This document shows, one piece after another, positions 46,727-56,293 of a DNA stretch of 64,000 nt (position 1 is its first letter; every line of letters begins with the position of its first letter). The DNA is taken from contig OY759352.1 in assembly GCA_963662305.1 (NCBI GenBank), positions 349,035 to 413,034 of the forward strand. The letters are read 5' to 3'. The notes beneath the pieces are model-generated. The model did not search any database. It saw only the letters and a list, made by a program, of their open reading frames with translations, and had not been told where the DNA came from. The DNA comes from Desulfarculia bacterium (GTDB lineage Bacteria > Desulfobacterota > Desulfarculia > G963662305). The position numbers were made by a program, and so were the translations under genes.

Positions 46727-48397
46727 TCATGGCGCCCCCTCCCCCGGTTTTACGCGCTCCAGGATCACCACCCGTCCATCCCCGCCCGGCAGCCACCGGG
46801 CAAAAGGGTATTCCTTGACTACCCGAAAGCCCTTTACCGGGCCGAAGGCTACCATGTACCTGTCATCCCTGACCCACCACCAACTCCTACCCGGCCGGGG
46901 TTTGCAGCGCCGATCGTAACCGTACCAGCCGTTGAACTCGAACCCGCCGTCGATCTCCTCCCAGGAAAGGCCCAGCTCTTGGGTGAGATGGTCCAGGGCC
47001 TTCCAGCGGGCCCTGTTCCAGGCCATATAATCGTGGCTCCCGGCCAAGCTCAAAAATCCCCAGAAAACCAGGTGAGCCAGAGCCAGACCGGTCAGGGCCT
47101 TTTTGCACGAGGCCGGCTCGATCCGCCACCTTGCCAGGGGCCGGATCAGGATAAGAACCGTCACGGGCAGAAGGTAGCGGTCGAACAAGACCGGGGCCGG
47201 AAGAAGAGCCAGCAGGTAGACCAGGGCGGTTAAGATGAAAAGGTCGGCCCGGCCCTTGAGGAGACCCTTGATCCAGCCGCCTATCTCCATGACCAGCAGG
47301 GCGCCCCCGGCCAGTGAGAACAGACTGATCAAGGCCCACCAACTCGGACCCAGGAGCGGATAGTTAGCCAGACCCAGGAGATGAACGTCGGCCAGGGTCA
47401 AGGGGCCGATCCCGGCCTTGACCAGGATGTTGCGGCCCAGGGGCATCAGGGTCGTCTGGATAAGAAAGGGGAGCGACAACAAGGCTGAAAACAGAGCCGC
47501 TTCGGCCAAGTATCGTTTCCGCTCCGCTCCGGGCCGGGCCGACCAGCGGACCGCCGTCCTCCAGGCCAGCAGGGGAAAGAGGAACAGGCCCAGATAGGTC
47601 AGGCAGATGGCGGCATTTTTTAGGAGCCTGAGCCCCAGAAGGCCCTCTCCCAGGCCGAGGAGAAGACCGGATTCCACCAGGCGGTACTCTTCCGGAAACC
47701 CCAGGTATCCCGCCGCAAAGAAAAGGTAGAGCCCCAGGGGCAGCACCGTGGCGGTCAGACCCCAACCCGCCAGGACAGCGGACCTGCGGCTGAAACCGTG
47801 TTGAAACAATATTGCAACGCCGAAAGCCGGGAGCACCGCCAAACCCAGCTGTCTGGTCAGGGTGGCCGCCCCGGCCAGAACCAGCCCCAGGGCCAGGGCG
47901 CGGCCGGATCCGAACTTCAGGCCCCGATCTAGGCAAAAGACCGCTCCGGCCAGCAAAACGGCAAAGGGCACGTCGGTCATGAAAGTGAGAGACAGGGGCA
48001 GGTGCAGGGGCGTAACCATAAGCACCAGGGCGGTCAGCAGCGCGGCGGGGCGGGGGGCCGAGTTGATCCTTTGAAACAGATAGACGCTCAGAATCAGAGC
48101 CCAGCCCGCAACGAGTCCGGAGAGCCGCAGGGCCTCAAAGGAAAAACCGCAGGGCAGACAGAACAGGGCGCCCCAGGCCAGGTGGACCAGCAGGGGCATG
48201 GAGGTCCAGCCGCCAATCTCCAGACGATTGTGCTGGATCAGATTTTGAACCGACCCGGCAAAGGACCAGCCGTCGTTCAAAGGGAAGCCGCCGCCCGGAC
48301 CGGCCAGCAGGATCAGCGCGGCCCACAGCCCGCTCAGCAAGGCCAACAGGGCCAGATCGGAGATATCGAGAGGCCTTTGGTTCGCCACGGACTTCAC
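46727..48397 (-). CDS. ArnT/PMT-like (GT39/GT83-type) polytopic membrane glycosyltransferase (putative)
   Basis: 556 aa; N-terminal polytopic region with FMTDVPFAVLLAG... resembling the dolichyl/undecaprenyl-phosphate-sugar-dependent GT-C family; C-terminal soluble domain. Confidence 0.5.
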   Translation of the reverse strand: MKSVANQRPLDISDLALLALLSGLWAALILLAGPGGGFPLNDGWSFAGSVQNLIQHNRLEIGGWTSMPLLVHLAWGALFCLPCGFSFEALRLSGLVAGWALILSVYLFQRINSAPRPAALLTALVLMVTPLHLPLSLTFMTDVPFAVLLAGAVFCLDRGLKFGSGRALALGLVLAGAATLTRQLGLAVLPAFGVAILFQHGFSRRSAVLAGWGLTATVLPLGLYLFFAAGYLGFPEEYRLVESGLLLGLGEGLLGLRLLKNAAICLTYLGLFLFPLLAWRTAVRWSARPGAERKRYLAEAALFSALLSLPFLIQTTLMPLGRNILVKAGIGPLTLADVHLLGLANYPLLGPSWWALISLFSLAGGALLVMEIGGWIKGLLKGRADLFILTALVYLLALLPAPVLFDRYLLPVTVLILIRPLARWRIEPASCKKALTGLALAHLVFWGFLSLAGSHDYMAWNRARWKALDHLTQELGLSWEEIDGGFEFNGWYGYDRRCKPRPGRSWWWVRDDRYMVAFGPVKGFRVVKEYPFARWLPGGDGRVVILERVKPGEGAP

Positions 48398-48508
48398 CCT
48401 CCGGGGCTGATTTATTCCTGTGGGTTCAGGGCTGACTGAGCGTATATTAGGGCCAGGATTATGTCAATTGAGGCGGGATTGTCCGGCCTTGGACAAAACA
48501 GGGGCAGC

Positions 48509-49480
48509 ATGAGCAGGATTCTGGTAACCGGAGGCAGCGGGTTCATCGGCTCCCACCTGGTGGAGGCCCTGATCGCCCAAGGCCACCAGGTGGCCTGCCT
48601 GTTGCGCCGGGAACAGGACCGAACCTGGATCAAGGGCCTGGACATAACCCCGGCAAGAGGTGATCTGTCCGACCCGGAGAGCCTGGGCCGGGCGGTCCGG
48701 AAGGCGGAGGCGATCTGTCATCTGGCCGGTGAGACCAAGGGGCCTAAATTCGACAGGATCAATGCCCGGGGTACGGCCAATCTGGTCTCGGCCGTCCAGA
48801 CCCATTGTCCCGGCTTGAAAAAACTGGTCTACCTCTCCTCCATGGCCGCCCAGGGTCCCGGGCCGGCAGGCAGGCCTCTGACCGAGGCCGACCCGGAGCG
48901 GCCCGTCTCGGCCTACGGCCGTTCAAAACTGGCCGGAGAGGCGGCTCTGGCCGCCCTGGAGCCGAACACGGAGGTGACCGTGCTCCGGCCGCCGGTGGTC
49001 TACGGACCCAGGGACGACAAGACTCTGGCCCTGGTCAGCCCGGCCCGGCGCGGGTTCCTGCCCCTGGTCCGAGGTCGGGCTCAGAGGATCAGCCTGCTTT
49101 ACGTGACCGATCTGGTCCAGGCCGTGCTTCTGGCCCTGGAAAAATCAGGCCCGGGCGGTAAATATCTCCTCTCCGACGGCGATATCCACAGAACCGCAGA
49201 CCTGGGCAAGATCCTGGGCGGGCTGCTCAAGGTCAGGGTCAGGGCCGTACCCCTGCCCCGGAGCCTGGTGGGCCTGGCCGCCCTGTTAAGCGACGGCTGG
49301 TCCTGCTTGAGCGGCTCCCCGTCCATCTTCGGCTGGGACAAATACCTGGAGCTGCGCCAACCCAACTGGAGCGCGGACTGCTCCGCGGCCAGGGAAAAAT
49401 TGGGGTTTTCGCCCCGATACCGGGCGGGGCAGGGGTTTGAAATTACCCTTAACTGGTATCGGAACAACGGCTGGATATAG
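48509..49480 (+). CDS. NAD-dependent epimerase/dehydratase (SDR family)
   Basis: MSRILVTGGSGFIGSHLV (GxxGxxG Rossmann) and extended-SDR fold; ORF track starts at 48461. Confidence 0.85.
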   Translation: MSRILVTGGSGFIGSHLVEALIAQGHQVACLLRREQDRTWIKGLDITPARGDLSDPESLGRAVRKAEAICHLAGETKGPKFDRINARGTANLVSAVQTHCPGLKKLVYLSSMAAQGPGPAGRPLTEADPERPVSAYGRSKLAGEAALAALEPNTEVTVLRPPVVYGPRDDKTLALVSPARRGFLPLVRGRAQRISLLYVTDLVQAVLLALEKSGPGGKYLLSDGDIHRTADLGKILGGLLKVRVRAVPLPRSLVGLAALLSDGWSCLSGSPSIFGWDKYLELRQPNWSADCSAAREKLGFSPRYRAGQGFEITLNWYRNNGWI

Positions 49481-49489
49481 CCACGCGGT

Positions 49490-50608
49490 CTACTTCATCA
49501 GGCCCAGATAGGCCTGCTCCAGCTGGCGCACCTTGTCCCTCAGGTTGAACGACTCCCTTATCCGGGCCGCCCCGGCCCGGCCCATCTCCGACCTCAAAAC
49601 CGGATCCAGGAGCAGCCGGGCCAGGCTGTGGGCCATCAAGGCGGGATCGTCCCTGGGGGCCAGGTAGCCGGTCCGCCCTTCCCGGACCAGTTCGGCGTTG
49701 CCGCCTACATCGGTCGCGACCACTGGCAACCCGGCGGCCATGGCCTCCATCACGGCCACGGGCATGCCTTCGTAGCAAGAGGCCAGGGCAAAGACATGGG
49801 CTTGGCTCAACAGAATCTCCACGTCCCGCCTGCAACCCAGAAAAGAGACCCGGTCGTCCAGGGAAAGGGCTGAGCAGAGCCGCCCGGCCTCGTTTTTCAG
49901 GGGCCCGTCACCCACCATCAGGAGGCGGAAATCGTGTCCCTCTTGCTTGAGCAGGGCCGCGGCCCGGATCAAACAGGCCGGGTCTTTTCTGTGTTCCAGA
50001 TGGGCCACGGAGATGATCACGGGCGGACCTTCTCCTTCCCCCGGAGCGGCACGGGGCAGATGGGGCCGGACTTCCAGGCCGTTGTGGATGACCGCCACCC
50101 TTTGCGGGCTCATGCCCTCGTCCCTGGTCATGACCAGCCGGCCGGCCTCGGTGTTGGAGATAAAAAGATCCACCCGTTTGTTGGTGACCCTCTCCACCAG
50201 GGCCTGCAAAAAAGACCGCCCTTCCCTGCCGCTGCGATGGGAGACGCTCCGCCGACCCGTGACCAGCAGGGGCGCACAACTCCCCCATTTGGCCAGGCGG
50301 GCCGTGAGGTCGCAGAAGGCTCCGAACCCGTGAACCAGGTGAAGCCCCCTCCCCGCCACCAGGCGCCTCAGGTTGCGGACCAGGATGGGCGCGCTCAGGT
50401 AGCGCCGGTCCTCGGGAATGTCCAGGTTGACCACCTCCAGGCCGGAGTCCTTGAACTCCCTGGTCAACCCGCGGGCCGGGGAGAGAAACAGGCAGACCAC
50501 CTCGAATCTGGTCCGGTCCAGCAGGGGATAGGTCAGAAGGCTCATCTTCTCCGTACCCCCCCTGGTGTATCCGCCCATGAGACAGCCTATCCTGATCCTG
50601 TTTTTCAT
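49490..50608 (-). CDS. Glycosyltransferase family 4 (GT-B)
   Basis: ...ASCYEGMPVAVMEAMAAGLPVVATDVGG...; internal Met MKNRIRIGCLMGG at 50608 abuts the asnB stop; the ORF track extends to 50692. Confidence 0.8.
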   Translation of the reverse strand: MKNRIRIGCLMGGYTRGGTEKMSLLTYPLLDRTRFEVVCLFLSPARGLTREFKDSGLEVVNLDIPEDRRYLSAPILVRNLRRLVAGRGLHLVHGFGAFCDLTARLAKWGSCAPLLVTGRRSVSHRSGREGRSFLQALVERVTNKRVDLFISNTEAGRLVMTRDEGMSPQRVAVIHNGLEVRPHLPRAAPGEGEGPPVIISVAHLEHRKDPACLIRAAALLKQEGHDFRLLMVGDGPLKNEAGRLCSALSLDDRVSFLGCRRDVEILLSQAHVFALASCYEGMPVAVMEAMAAGLPVVATDVGGNAELVREGRTGYLAPRDDPALMAHSLARLLLDPVLRSEMGRAGAARIRESFNLRDKVRQLEQAYLGLMK

Positions 50609-52569
50609 CGGCTCTCCAGCCAGGCTTGGAAGACCAGGACATTCCACAGGAGGTACTTCCAGTCGGCTTGGCCGGAGAGGTGCTCCTCCCATTTCCGGGC
50701 AACCGGCTCTGGACGCAAAAATCCCTCTCTGATAAGGCGTTCCGGGGCCAGCAGGTCCTGGGCCCAGTCCCGCAAGGGGCCCCTGAGCCAGCGCCCCAGC
50801 GGCACCCCGAAGCCCATCTTGGGCCGGTCGATCAGGGGTTCGGGGATGTATTTCCGCAGCACCTGTCTCAGGATGACCTTGGTCTTGCCTTTACTTATCA
50901 GCATCCTGTCCGGCAGCCTGGCCGCGAACTCCACCACCCGGTGGTCGATCAGGGGCACCCTGACCTCCAGGCCCACGCTCATGCTGGCCCGGTCGACCTT
51001 GACCAGAATGTCGTCCGGGTGGTAGGCCGCCAGGTCCAGATACCTCATCATGGTCAGGGGATTCTTAAACCGGGACAGCTCCAGGGGGTCCTCCATCACG
51101 CTCAAGGGCAGACCTGGACCGATGACCACCTCTTCGGGATTCTTCCAGTGGGCCAGAATCCCGGCGAATACCTGGGCCGGATTCTCGGAGGCCAGCACCC
51201 CCGCGCCTCGTTGGACCAGTTCTTCGGGGGACCTGTGGGCCAGCATCCGGGAACGCAACAGACCGGCCGCGGCCGGGAGCTTGGCCCACAACCCCTTGGG
51301 CAGGCCGGTGATCAGCCTGGCCGCCGCTCCTCGCAGGGGGCCGGGGATCAGCCGCAGCCTGGACCAGGCCTCCAGGGTGGCCGGGTAGCGGTCGTATCCG
51401 CCGAACAGCTCGTCCCCGCCGTCCCCGGACAGGGCCACTTTGACCCGTCTCCGGGCCAGGGCGGCCAGCAGCCGGGTGGGCAGCTGGGAGGAATCCGCAA
51501 AAGGCTCGTCAAAGATTCGGGGCAGATCCGGGATGACCTCCCTGGCCTCCCTGGAGGTGAGGTAGAGCTCGGTGTGGTCCGTGCCCAGGTGGGCGGCCAC
51601 CTCCCTGGCAAAAATCGCCTCGTTGTGAGTCTCCTCCCAGAAGCCGATGGTAAAGGTCTTGACCGGGCGGCTGGAGCGGGTCTGCATAAGGGCCGTGACC
51701 AGGCTGGAGTCCAGTCCGCCGGAGAGGAAAACCCCCAGCTCCACGTCGGCGATCATCCTGGCCTCAACCGCCCGGCCGAGGAATGATTCCAGTTCCGAGG
51801 CGGCCTGGTCCAGGCTGCCCTGATAGGGTTCCTTTAGACCTTGTTCCATCACCTTGGCCAGCGACCAGTAGGGCCGGGGCCGGGGCAGGTCGGACAGAGC
51901 GCCCGCTCCGGCCTTTGTCTCCATGGTGAGGGCGCAGCCGGCCGGCAGTTTGAAGATGCCCTTATAGATGGTGTGGGGAGCCGGGATATAGCCGTTTTTC
52001 AAGAACAGGGCCAGGGCCCCCCGGTCCACCTCCCCGGACCAGACCGGGTGGGCGGTCAGGGACTTCAGCTCCGAACCGAACAAAAACACCTGGCCGGAAA
52101 CGCCGTAGTAGATGGGCTTGAGACCCAGTCTATCCCGTACCAAATGCAGCCTTCGCTCCCTCCTGTCCCACAGGGCCAGGGCGAACATGCCCACGAAGCG
52201 CGGCAGAGAAGCCTCAAGCCCCCATTCCTCCACGCAGCCCAGGACCACCTCGGTGTCCGAGGTCCCCCGAAAGCGGTGGCCCAGTCCTTCCAGCTCATTT
52301 CTCAACTCCGGGAAATTGTAGACCTCGCCGTTGTAGGCCAGGACATACCGTCCCTGGGCCGAGACCATGGGCTGCCTTCCTTTTTCGGAAAGGTCCAGGA
52401 TGGACAGTCTGGTGTGGCCCAGGGCCAGGCCGGCCCTCTCGTCCGCCCAGGAGCCCCGGTCGTCCGGACCCCGGTGGGCCAGGGTCCGGGCCATGGCCTC
52501 CACCACCCCGGCCGGGGATTCCCGCCCCGCCCGGCCCAGGGGATCCCAGAACCCGGTCAGGCCGCACAT
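50605..52569 (-). CDS. asnB: Asparagine synthetase (glutamine-hydrolysing) family amidotransferase
   Basis: MCGLTGFWD (Ntn Cys2), SGGLDSS PP-loop, 654 aa. Confidence 0.88.
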   Translation of the reverse strand: MCGLTGFWDPLGRAGRESPAGVVEAMARTLAHRGPDDRGSWADERAGLALGHTRLSILDLSEKGRQPMVSAQGRYVLAYNGEVYNFPELRNELEGLGHRFRGTSDTEVVLGCVEEWGLEASLPRFVGMFALALWDRRERRLHLVRDRLGLKPIYYGVSGQVFLFGSELKSLTAHPVWSGEVDRGALALFLKNGYIPAPHTIYKGIFKLPAGCALTMETKAGAGALSDLPRPRPYWSLAKVMEQGLKEPYQGSLDQAASELESFLGRAVEARMIADVELGVFLSGGLDSSLVTALMQTRSSRPVKTFTIGFWEETHNEAIFAREVAAHLGTDHTELYLTSREAREVIPDLPRIFDEPFADSSQLPTRLLAALARRRVKVALSGDGGDELFGGYDRYPATLEAWSRLRLIPGPLRGAAARLITGLPKGLWAKLPAAAGLLRSRMLAHRSPEELVQRGAGVLASENPAQVFAGILAHWKNPEEVVIGPGLPLSVMEDPLELSRFKNPLTMMRYLDLAAYHPDDILVKVDRASMSVGLEVRVPLIDHRVVEFAARLPDRMLISKGKTKVILRQVLRKYIPEPLIDRPKMGFGVPLGRWLRGPLRDWAQDLLAPERLIREGFLRPEPVARKWEEHLSGQADWKYLLWNVLVFQAWLESR

Positions 52570-52609
52570 GGCAGCGGCTCCCGCCCCGGCAAATGGGAAC
52601 GGCGGTCCA

Positions 52610-54136
52610 TCAGCCGTCGACCATCCCGGCCAGCTGTTCTTCCAGCCGCCGGATCACCCGGCCGTGATAGGCCATGTGGTGTCTCCCGCTGGCGGCCAGG
52701 GTCACGGCCATGGGAAAGACCCGGGGGTTGGCCAGAAGAGCCGCCCCAAGGTATTTCCAGAATTGGAGACGACCGGCATCGGCCAGCCCCATTTTCCAAA
52801 GAACCCTGAAAAAGGCCTTGATCTCCCCTGGTTTCAAGCGGTTTACAAAACAGGGATGGGCGGGCAACCGCTTGATATACTTCACAACCCGGTTGTAGTA
52901 GGCCGTTGGTTCGTACAATCTTTTCAGGGTCCAGCAATACCCGGCCAGGAGCGTCTGGGAGCCCATCAGGGGGATGTAATTCAAGGCGGCCACGTCTCCC
53001 ACTTGGTCGCCGGTTGGATAGCCCAGCAACCGTCCCTGGGCCTCCATGCGGTCCCAAAGACGGGTGTCGGGCGGCACGGATAGCAGCCCCACCATGGGAT
53101 AGGGGATGGGGCAGGCCTCGATAAAATCCACCATGGCCTGGAATGAAGATTCGTTATCCGCGTCAAACCCCAGGATGAATCCCCCCACCACCAGCATGCC
53201 CTTGTCCGTGATCCTTCTTACCGAGTCCACTATGTCCCGGTTGCGGTTCTGATTCTTGTGGCATTCCTCCAGGGAGGCGTCGGAGGGGGATTCTATCCCC
53301 AAAAACAGGGTCAGGAATCCGGCCCGGACCATCAGGTCCAGGAGTTCATCGTCGTCGGCCACATCCAGGCTGACCTGGACCGAGATCTTGTAGGGGTATT
53401 TGTGTTCCTTCTGCCAGGAGGCGATGGTTTCCAGGATGGGCTTCACCTTGCGCTTGTGGCCGATTATATTGTCGTCCACAATCATCAGCTCGCCCTCTTT
53501 CCACCCCGAGGCGTAAAGGGAATCCAGTTCGGCCTTCACCTGTGCGGCCGATTTGAGCCTGGGCCTCCGGCCGTTGAGGATGACCACGTGGCAGAAATCG
53601 CAATCGTTGGGACAACCCCGCCCCACCTGAAGAGGCATGGACAGATATTTTCCCCGGTCCACCAGGTCCCATCTGGGGATGGGGGTCTGGCCCAGTTCCG
53701 GAAATTTTTCGGCCCTGTAGACCGGTTGGGCCCTGCCCTGGGCCAGGTCTTCCAAAAACCGGGGCAGGGTCTCTTCCACCTCGCCCGCAAAAAGGTAATC
53801 GATCCGCTCGAACCCCTCCCTAATCAAGCTGAAATGGGGCCCTCCGGCAACCACGGGAACGCCTTTTTCATTGCATCTGCGGACGACCTCCCCGGCGGAT
53901 TTGGACTGGATCTCCATGGCCCCGACAAAAACCATCTCGGCCCAGTCCAGGTCTTTTTCCGGAAGCGGTTCCACGTTCAGGTCCACCATTTTGAGGGGCC
54001 ATTCCCGGGGCAGCATTCCGGCCACGGTCAAAAGCCCCAAGGGGGGCAGGAATATCTTGGCCGACAGGAATCCGGCGGTCCCCCGCAGAGACCAGAAAGT
54101 ATCAGGAAATTCGGGCTGGACAAACAGAGCTCTCAT
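52610..54136 (-). CDS. B12-binding domain-containing radical SAM protein
   Basis: N-terminal cobalamin-binding Rossmann-like region, radical-SAM cluster motif CPNDCDFC (CxxxCxxC), ~508 aa from MRALFVQPEF. Confidence 0.8.
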   Translation of the reverse strand: MRALFVQPEFPDTFWSLRGTAGFLSAKIFLPPLGLLTVAGMLPREWPLKMVDLNVEPLPEKDLDWAEMVFVGAMEIQSKSAGEVVRRCNEKGVPVVAGGPHFSLIREGFERIDYLFAGEVEETLPRFLEDLAQGRAQPVYRAEKFPELGQTPIPRWDLVDRGKYLSMPLQVGRGCPNDCDFCHVVILNGRRPRLKSAAQVKAELDSLYASGWKEGELMIVDDNIIGHKRKVKPILETIASWQKEHKYPYKISVQVSLDVADDDELLDLMVRAGFLTLFLGIESPSDASLEECHKNQNRNRDIVDSVRRITDKGMLVVGGFILGFDADNESSFQAMVDFIEACPIPYPMVGLLSVPPDTRLWDRMEAQGRLLGYPTGDQVGDVAALNYIPLMGSQTLLAGYCWTLKRLYEPTAYYNRVVKYIKRLPAHPCFVNRLKPGEIKAFFRVLWKMGLADAGRLQFWKYLGAALLANPRVFPMAVTLAASGRHHMAYHGRVIRRLEEQLAGMVDG

Positions 54137-54324
54137 CACCCCTCCTGGCTCAGGCGATAGTCCGTCCGACAGAATCGCCGTTACGCCCCCCAACCTGCGC
54201 GGGCGGCCCCCTCAGCCAAGGGGTAAGGGTACCACACCCACCTGTTTTCCCGAAAGATTGAAATAAGTTTCGCCATGCTATAGACTCTGGTCCCGATCCG
54301 GTCGGCAGGACGAATCGAGGGGGT

Positions 54325-55488
54325 ATGACTCCGGAAAATTTATTTTACCTTATCATCGGGGTCACAAGTTTGGGACTGCTGGTCTACTGCGCCGGGGTCT
54401 CGCACTACCAGGCCAAGGTTAACGGGCCTTCGAGGGAAGCCCGGGCTCGGCCTCCCGTCTCAATCATTCTGCCTCTCACCGGCGACTCTCCCCTTCTTGA
54501 ACCGGGCCTGGAATCCATTCTGGCCCAGGACTATCCAAGCCTGGAGCTGATTCTGGCGGTGGAGGACGAGGCAGACCCGGCCTGGCCCCTGGTACTGGGC
54601 ATGGCCGCCAAAGACTCCAGGGTGGTGCCGGTAACGGCCGGCCGGGCCGATACCTGCGGCCAGAAAAACAAAAATCTCCTGGCCGGGCTGGAGCGGATCA
54701 GCCCCGAGTCTGAAATAGTGGTCTTCACCGACGCCGAGCACCTGGCTGAAAAGGATTTCATCACCGACCTGGTGGCTCCCATCATCCGGGGCGAGGCGGC
54801 CGTCTCGTCGGGATATCACCATTACCTTCCCCGGGAGGGCGGCCTGGCCGGCTCGGCCAAAGCCGTCTGCGTGCAGCTTCTAAACCTCACCAGGACAATT
54901 CCCTTCCTGAACAGACCCTGGGGAGGGGCCACGGCCGTGGCCAGACAGGCTCTGAACGGCCTGGACCTGATCTCCCTGTGGTCCTTTACCGTGGTCGATG
55001 ACGTTACCCTGGCCCGCCGCAGAGGCGGCAGGTCCCGGTTTCCCCTCCGGCTTGTGGCGCCCAAGCTTAGCACCCCGGATCAGGGAGACGACCTGGCCGC
55101 CTGGAACCGCTGGCTGACCCGGCAGATCGCCTTTATAAAACCGTCCATCGTCAACGACTGGCTGGGCCTGGGCGTTATCGCCTTGGGGTTGAATCTGGCC
55201 TTTTTTGCCTCGCTGTTGGCCCTGGTCCGGTGGCCGATCACGGGGGGAGGGGCCTGGCCGGCCACGGCGGGGCTGATCTTTTTCCTGGTCTTTTTCTGGA
55301 GTTGTGCACAGGTCAGAAAGCACCATCCCCGGCCCGGCCACTTGGGTTACTGGTGGGCCGGGTGCGTGGCGGCCATGATCATGGGGTTGTGGTGCTTTAT
55401 CAAAACCTGTTTCAGCAACCGGATCAGCTGGCGAGGCAAGACCTACCAGGTCGGTTGGGGCGGACGGGTGAAAAAAATAATCCGCTGA
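54325..55488 (+). CDS. GT2-superfamily membrane glycosyltransferase, ceramide-glucosyltransferase-like (GT21-type architecture; putative)
   Basis: N-terminal TM helix, GT-A core (PVSIILPLTGDSP...TDAEH...VVDDV) and 3-4 C-terminal TM helices, as in ceramide glucosyltransferase/HpnI-like enzymes. Confidence 0.55.
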   Translation: MTPENLFYLIIGVTSLGLLVYCAGVSHYQAKVNGPSREARARPPVSIILPLTGDSPLLEPGLESILAQDYPSLELILAVEDEADPAWPLVLGMAAKDSRVVPVTAGRADTCGQKNKNLLAGLERISPESEIVVFTDAEHLAEKDFITDLVAPIIRGEAAVSSGYHHYLPREGGLAGSAKAVCVQLLNLTRTIPFLNRPWGGATAVARQALNGLDLISLWSFTVVDDVTLARRRGGRSRFPLRLVAPKLSTPDQGDDLAAWNRWLTRQIAFIKPSIVNDWLGLGVIALGLNLAFFASLLALVRWPITGGGAWPATAGLIFFLVFFWSCAQVRKHHPRPGHLGYWWAGCVAAMIMGLWCFIKTCFSNRISWRGKTYQVGWGGRVKKIIR

Positions 55489-55585
55489 AGACAAAACCGG
55501 AATCGCCCACCCCGCGGCAGGGCATCGGATATGGCAGCAAAAAACGGCGACTGCCCTCGCGGCAGGCCGCAGGGAATTAAACCCC

Positions 55586-56092
55586 CTAAATCTCGAACCG
55601 GGATCTGGTCTTCCTGGTCCATAAAATAATCGCCCCAAATCCGCATAGGGCGATGCAGAAAGATACGGCTCCGGCTTTGAGAACCCAAAATTTTGGCAAA
55701 AGCTCGACCCGGACCACGTATCTCCTTTTGTTGAACCGGGGGTCGGTGTTGTCCGAGGCGGAAAAGATCAGCTTCCCCTTCCAGTGGGAGTAGCGCCCCC
55801 GCCCTTTTCTGGCCACATCCACATGCAGGCTGTGGGCCGGACCAAGTTCTTTGCCGTCCTCCAAGAGAACCAGGGACGATCTCCGGGGATCATCCATGTC
55901 GTCCGTCTCAATCCTCCAATAAGGCGACCGGGGCACATCCCACTGGTGGGAGAACAGCCTGAGCCCGCCCATAAACAGGGGCTTCACATAGACAGTTCTG
56001 CTTTGGGGGAAAAACCGGAGATACCAGGGCGCAGCCCCGCCCAGGAGGAGGATGAGGCAGCCCACAAGAGCCAGGCGGGTTGGGTTTTTCAT
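55586..56092 (-). CDS. Hypothetical membrane-anchored protein
   Basis: 169 aa from MKNPTRLALVGCLILLLGG (N-terminal TM/signal) with a C-terminal TM; the ORF-track N-terminal extension is unlikely. Confidence 0.4.
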   Translation of the reverse strand: MKNPTRLALVGCLILLLGGAAPWYLRFFPQSRTVYVKPLFMGGLRLFSHQWDVPRSPYWRIETDDMDDPRRSSLVLLEDGKELGPAHSLHVDVARKGRGRYSHWKGKLIFSASDNTDPRFNKRRYVVRVELLPKFWVLKAGAVSFCIALCGFGAIILWTRKTRSRFEI

Positions 56093-56293
56093 GGGTCCCC
56101 TTTTCCCTTCGGGGCCGGGTTGGGTCCCATCCGGTCCGGCCCCGATGTTCTTGGGCGGTCTTATATCATTTTTCAGACAATCCGCCCAGATCCGAATCTC
56201 ACCCTCGGCTTGGGCGGACCAGACCGGCAGCATAATGCCATCGGGAGAAGACCGGCCTGTATTTCGATCTTGGATTTTGATATAACAGGCCAC

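Noticed and set aside
49934-52809. Several plus-strand ORFs (49934-51025, 50626-51786, 51841-52809) opposite the GT4 and asnB genes
   Set aside because: Antisense shadows of genes with clear GT4 and AsnB motifs.
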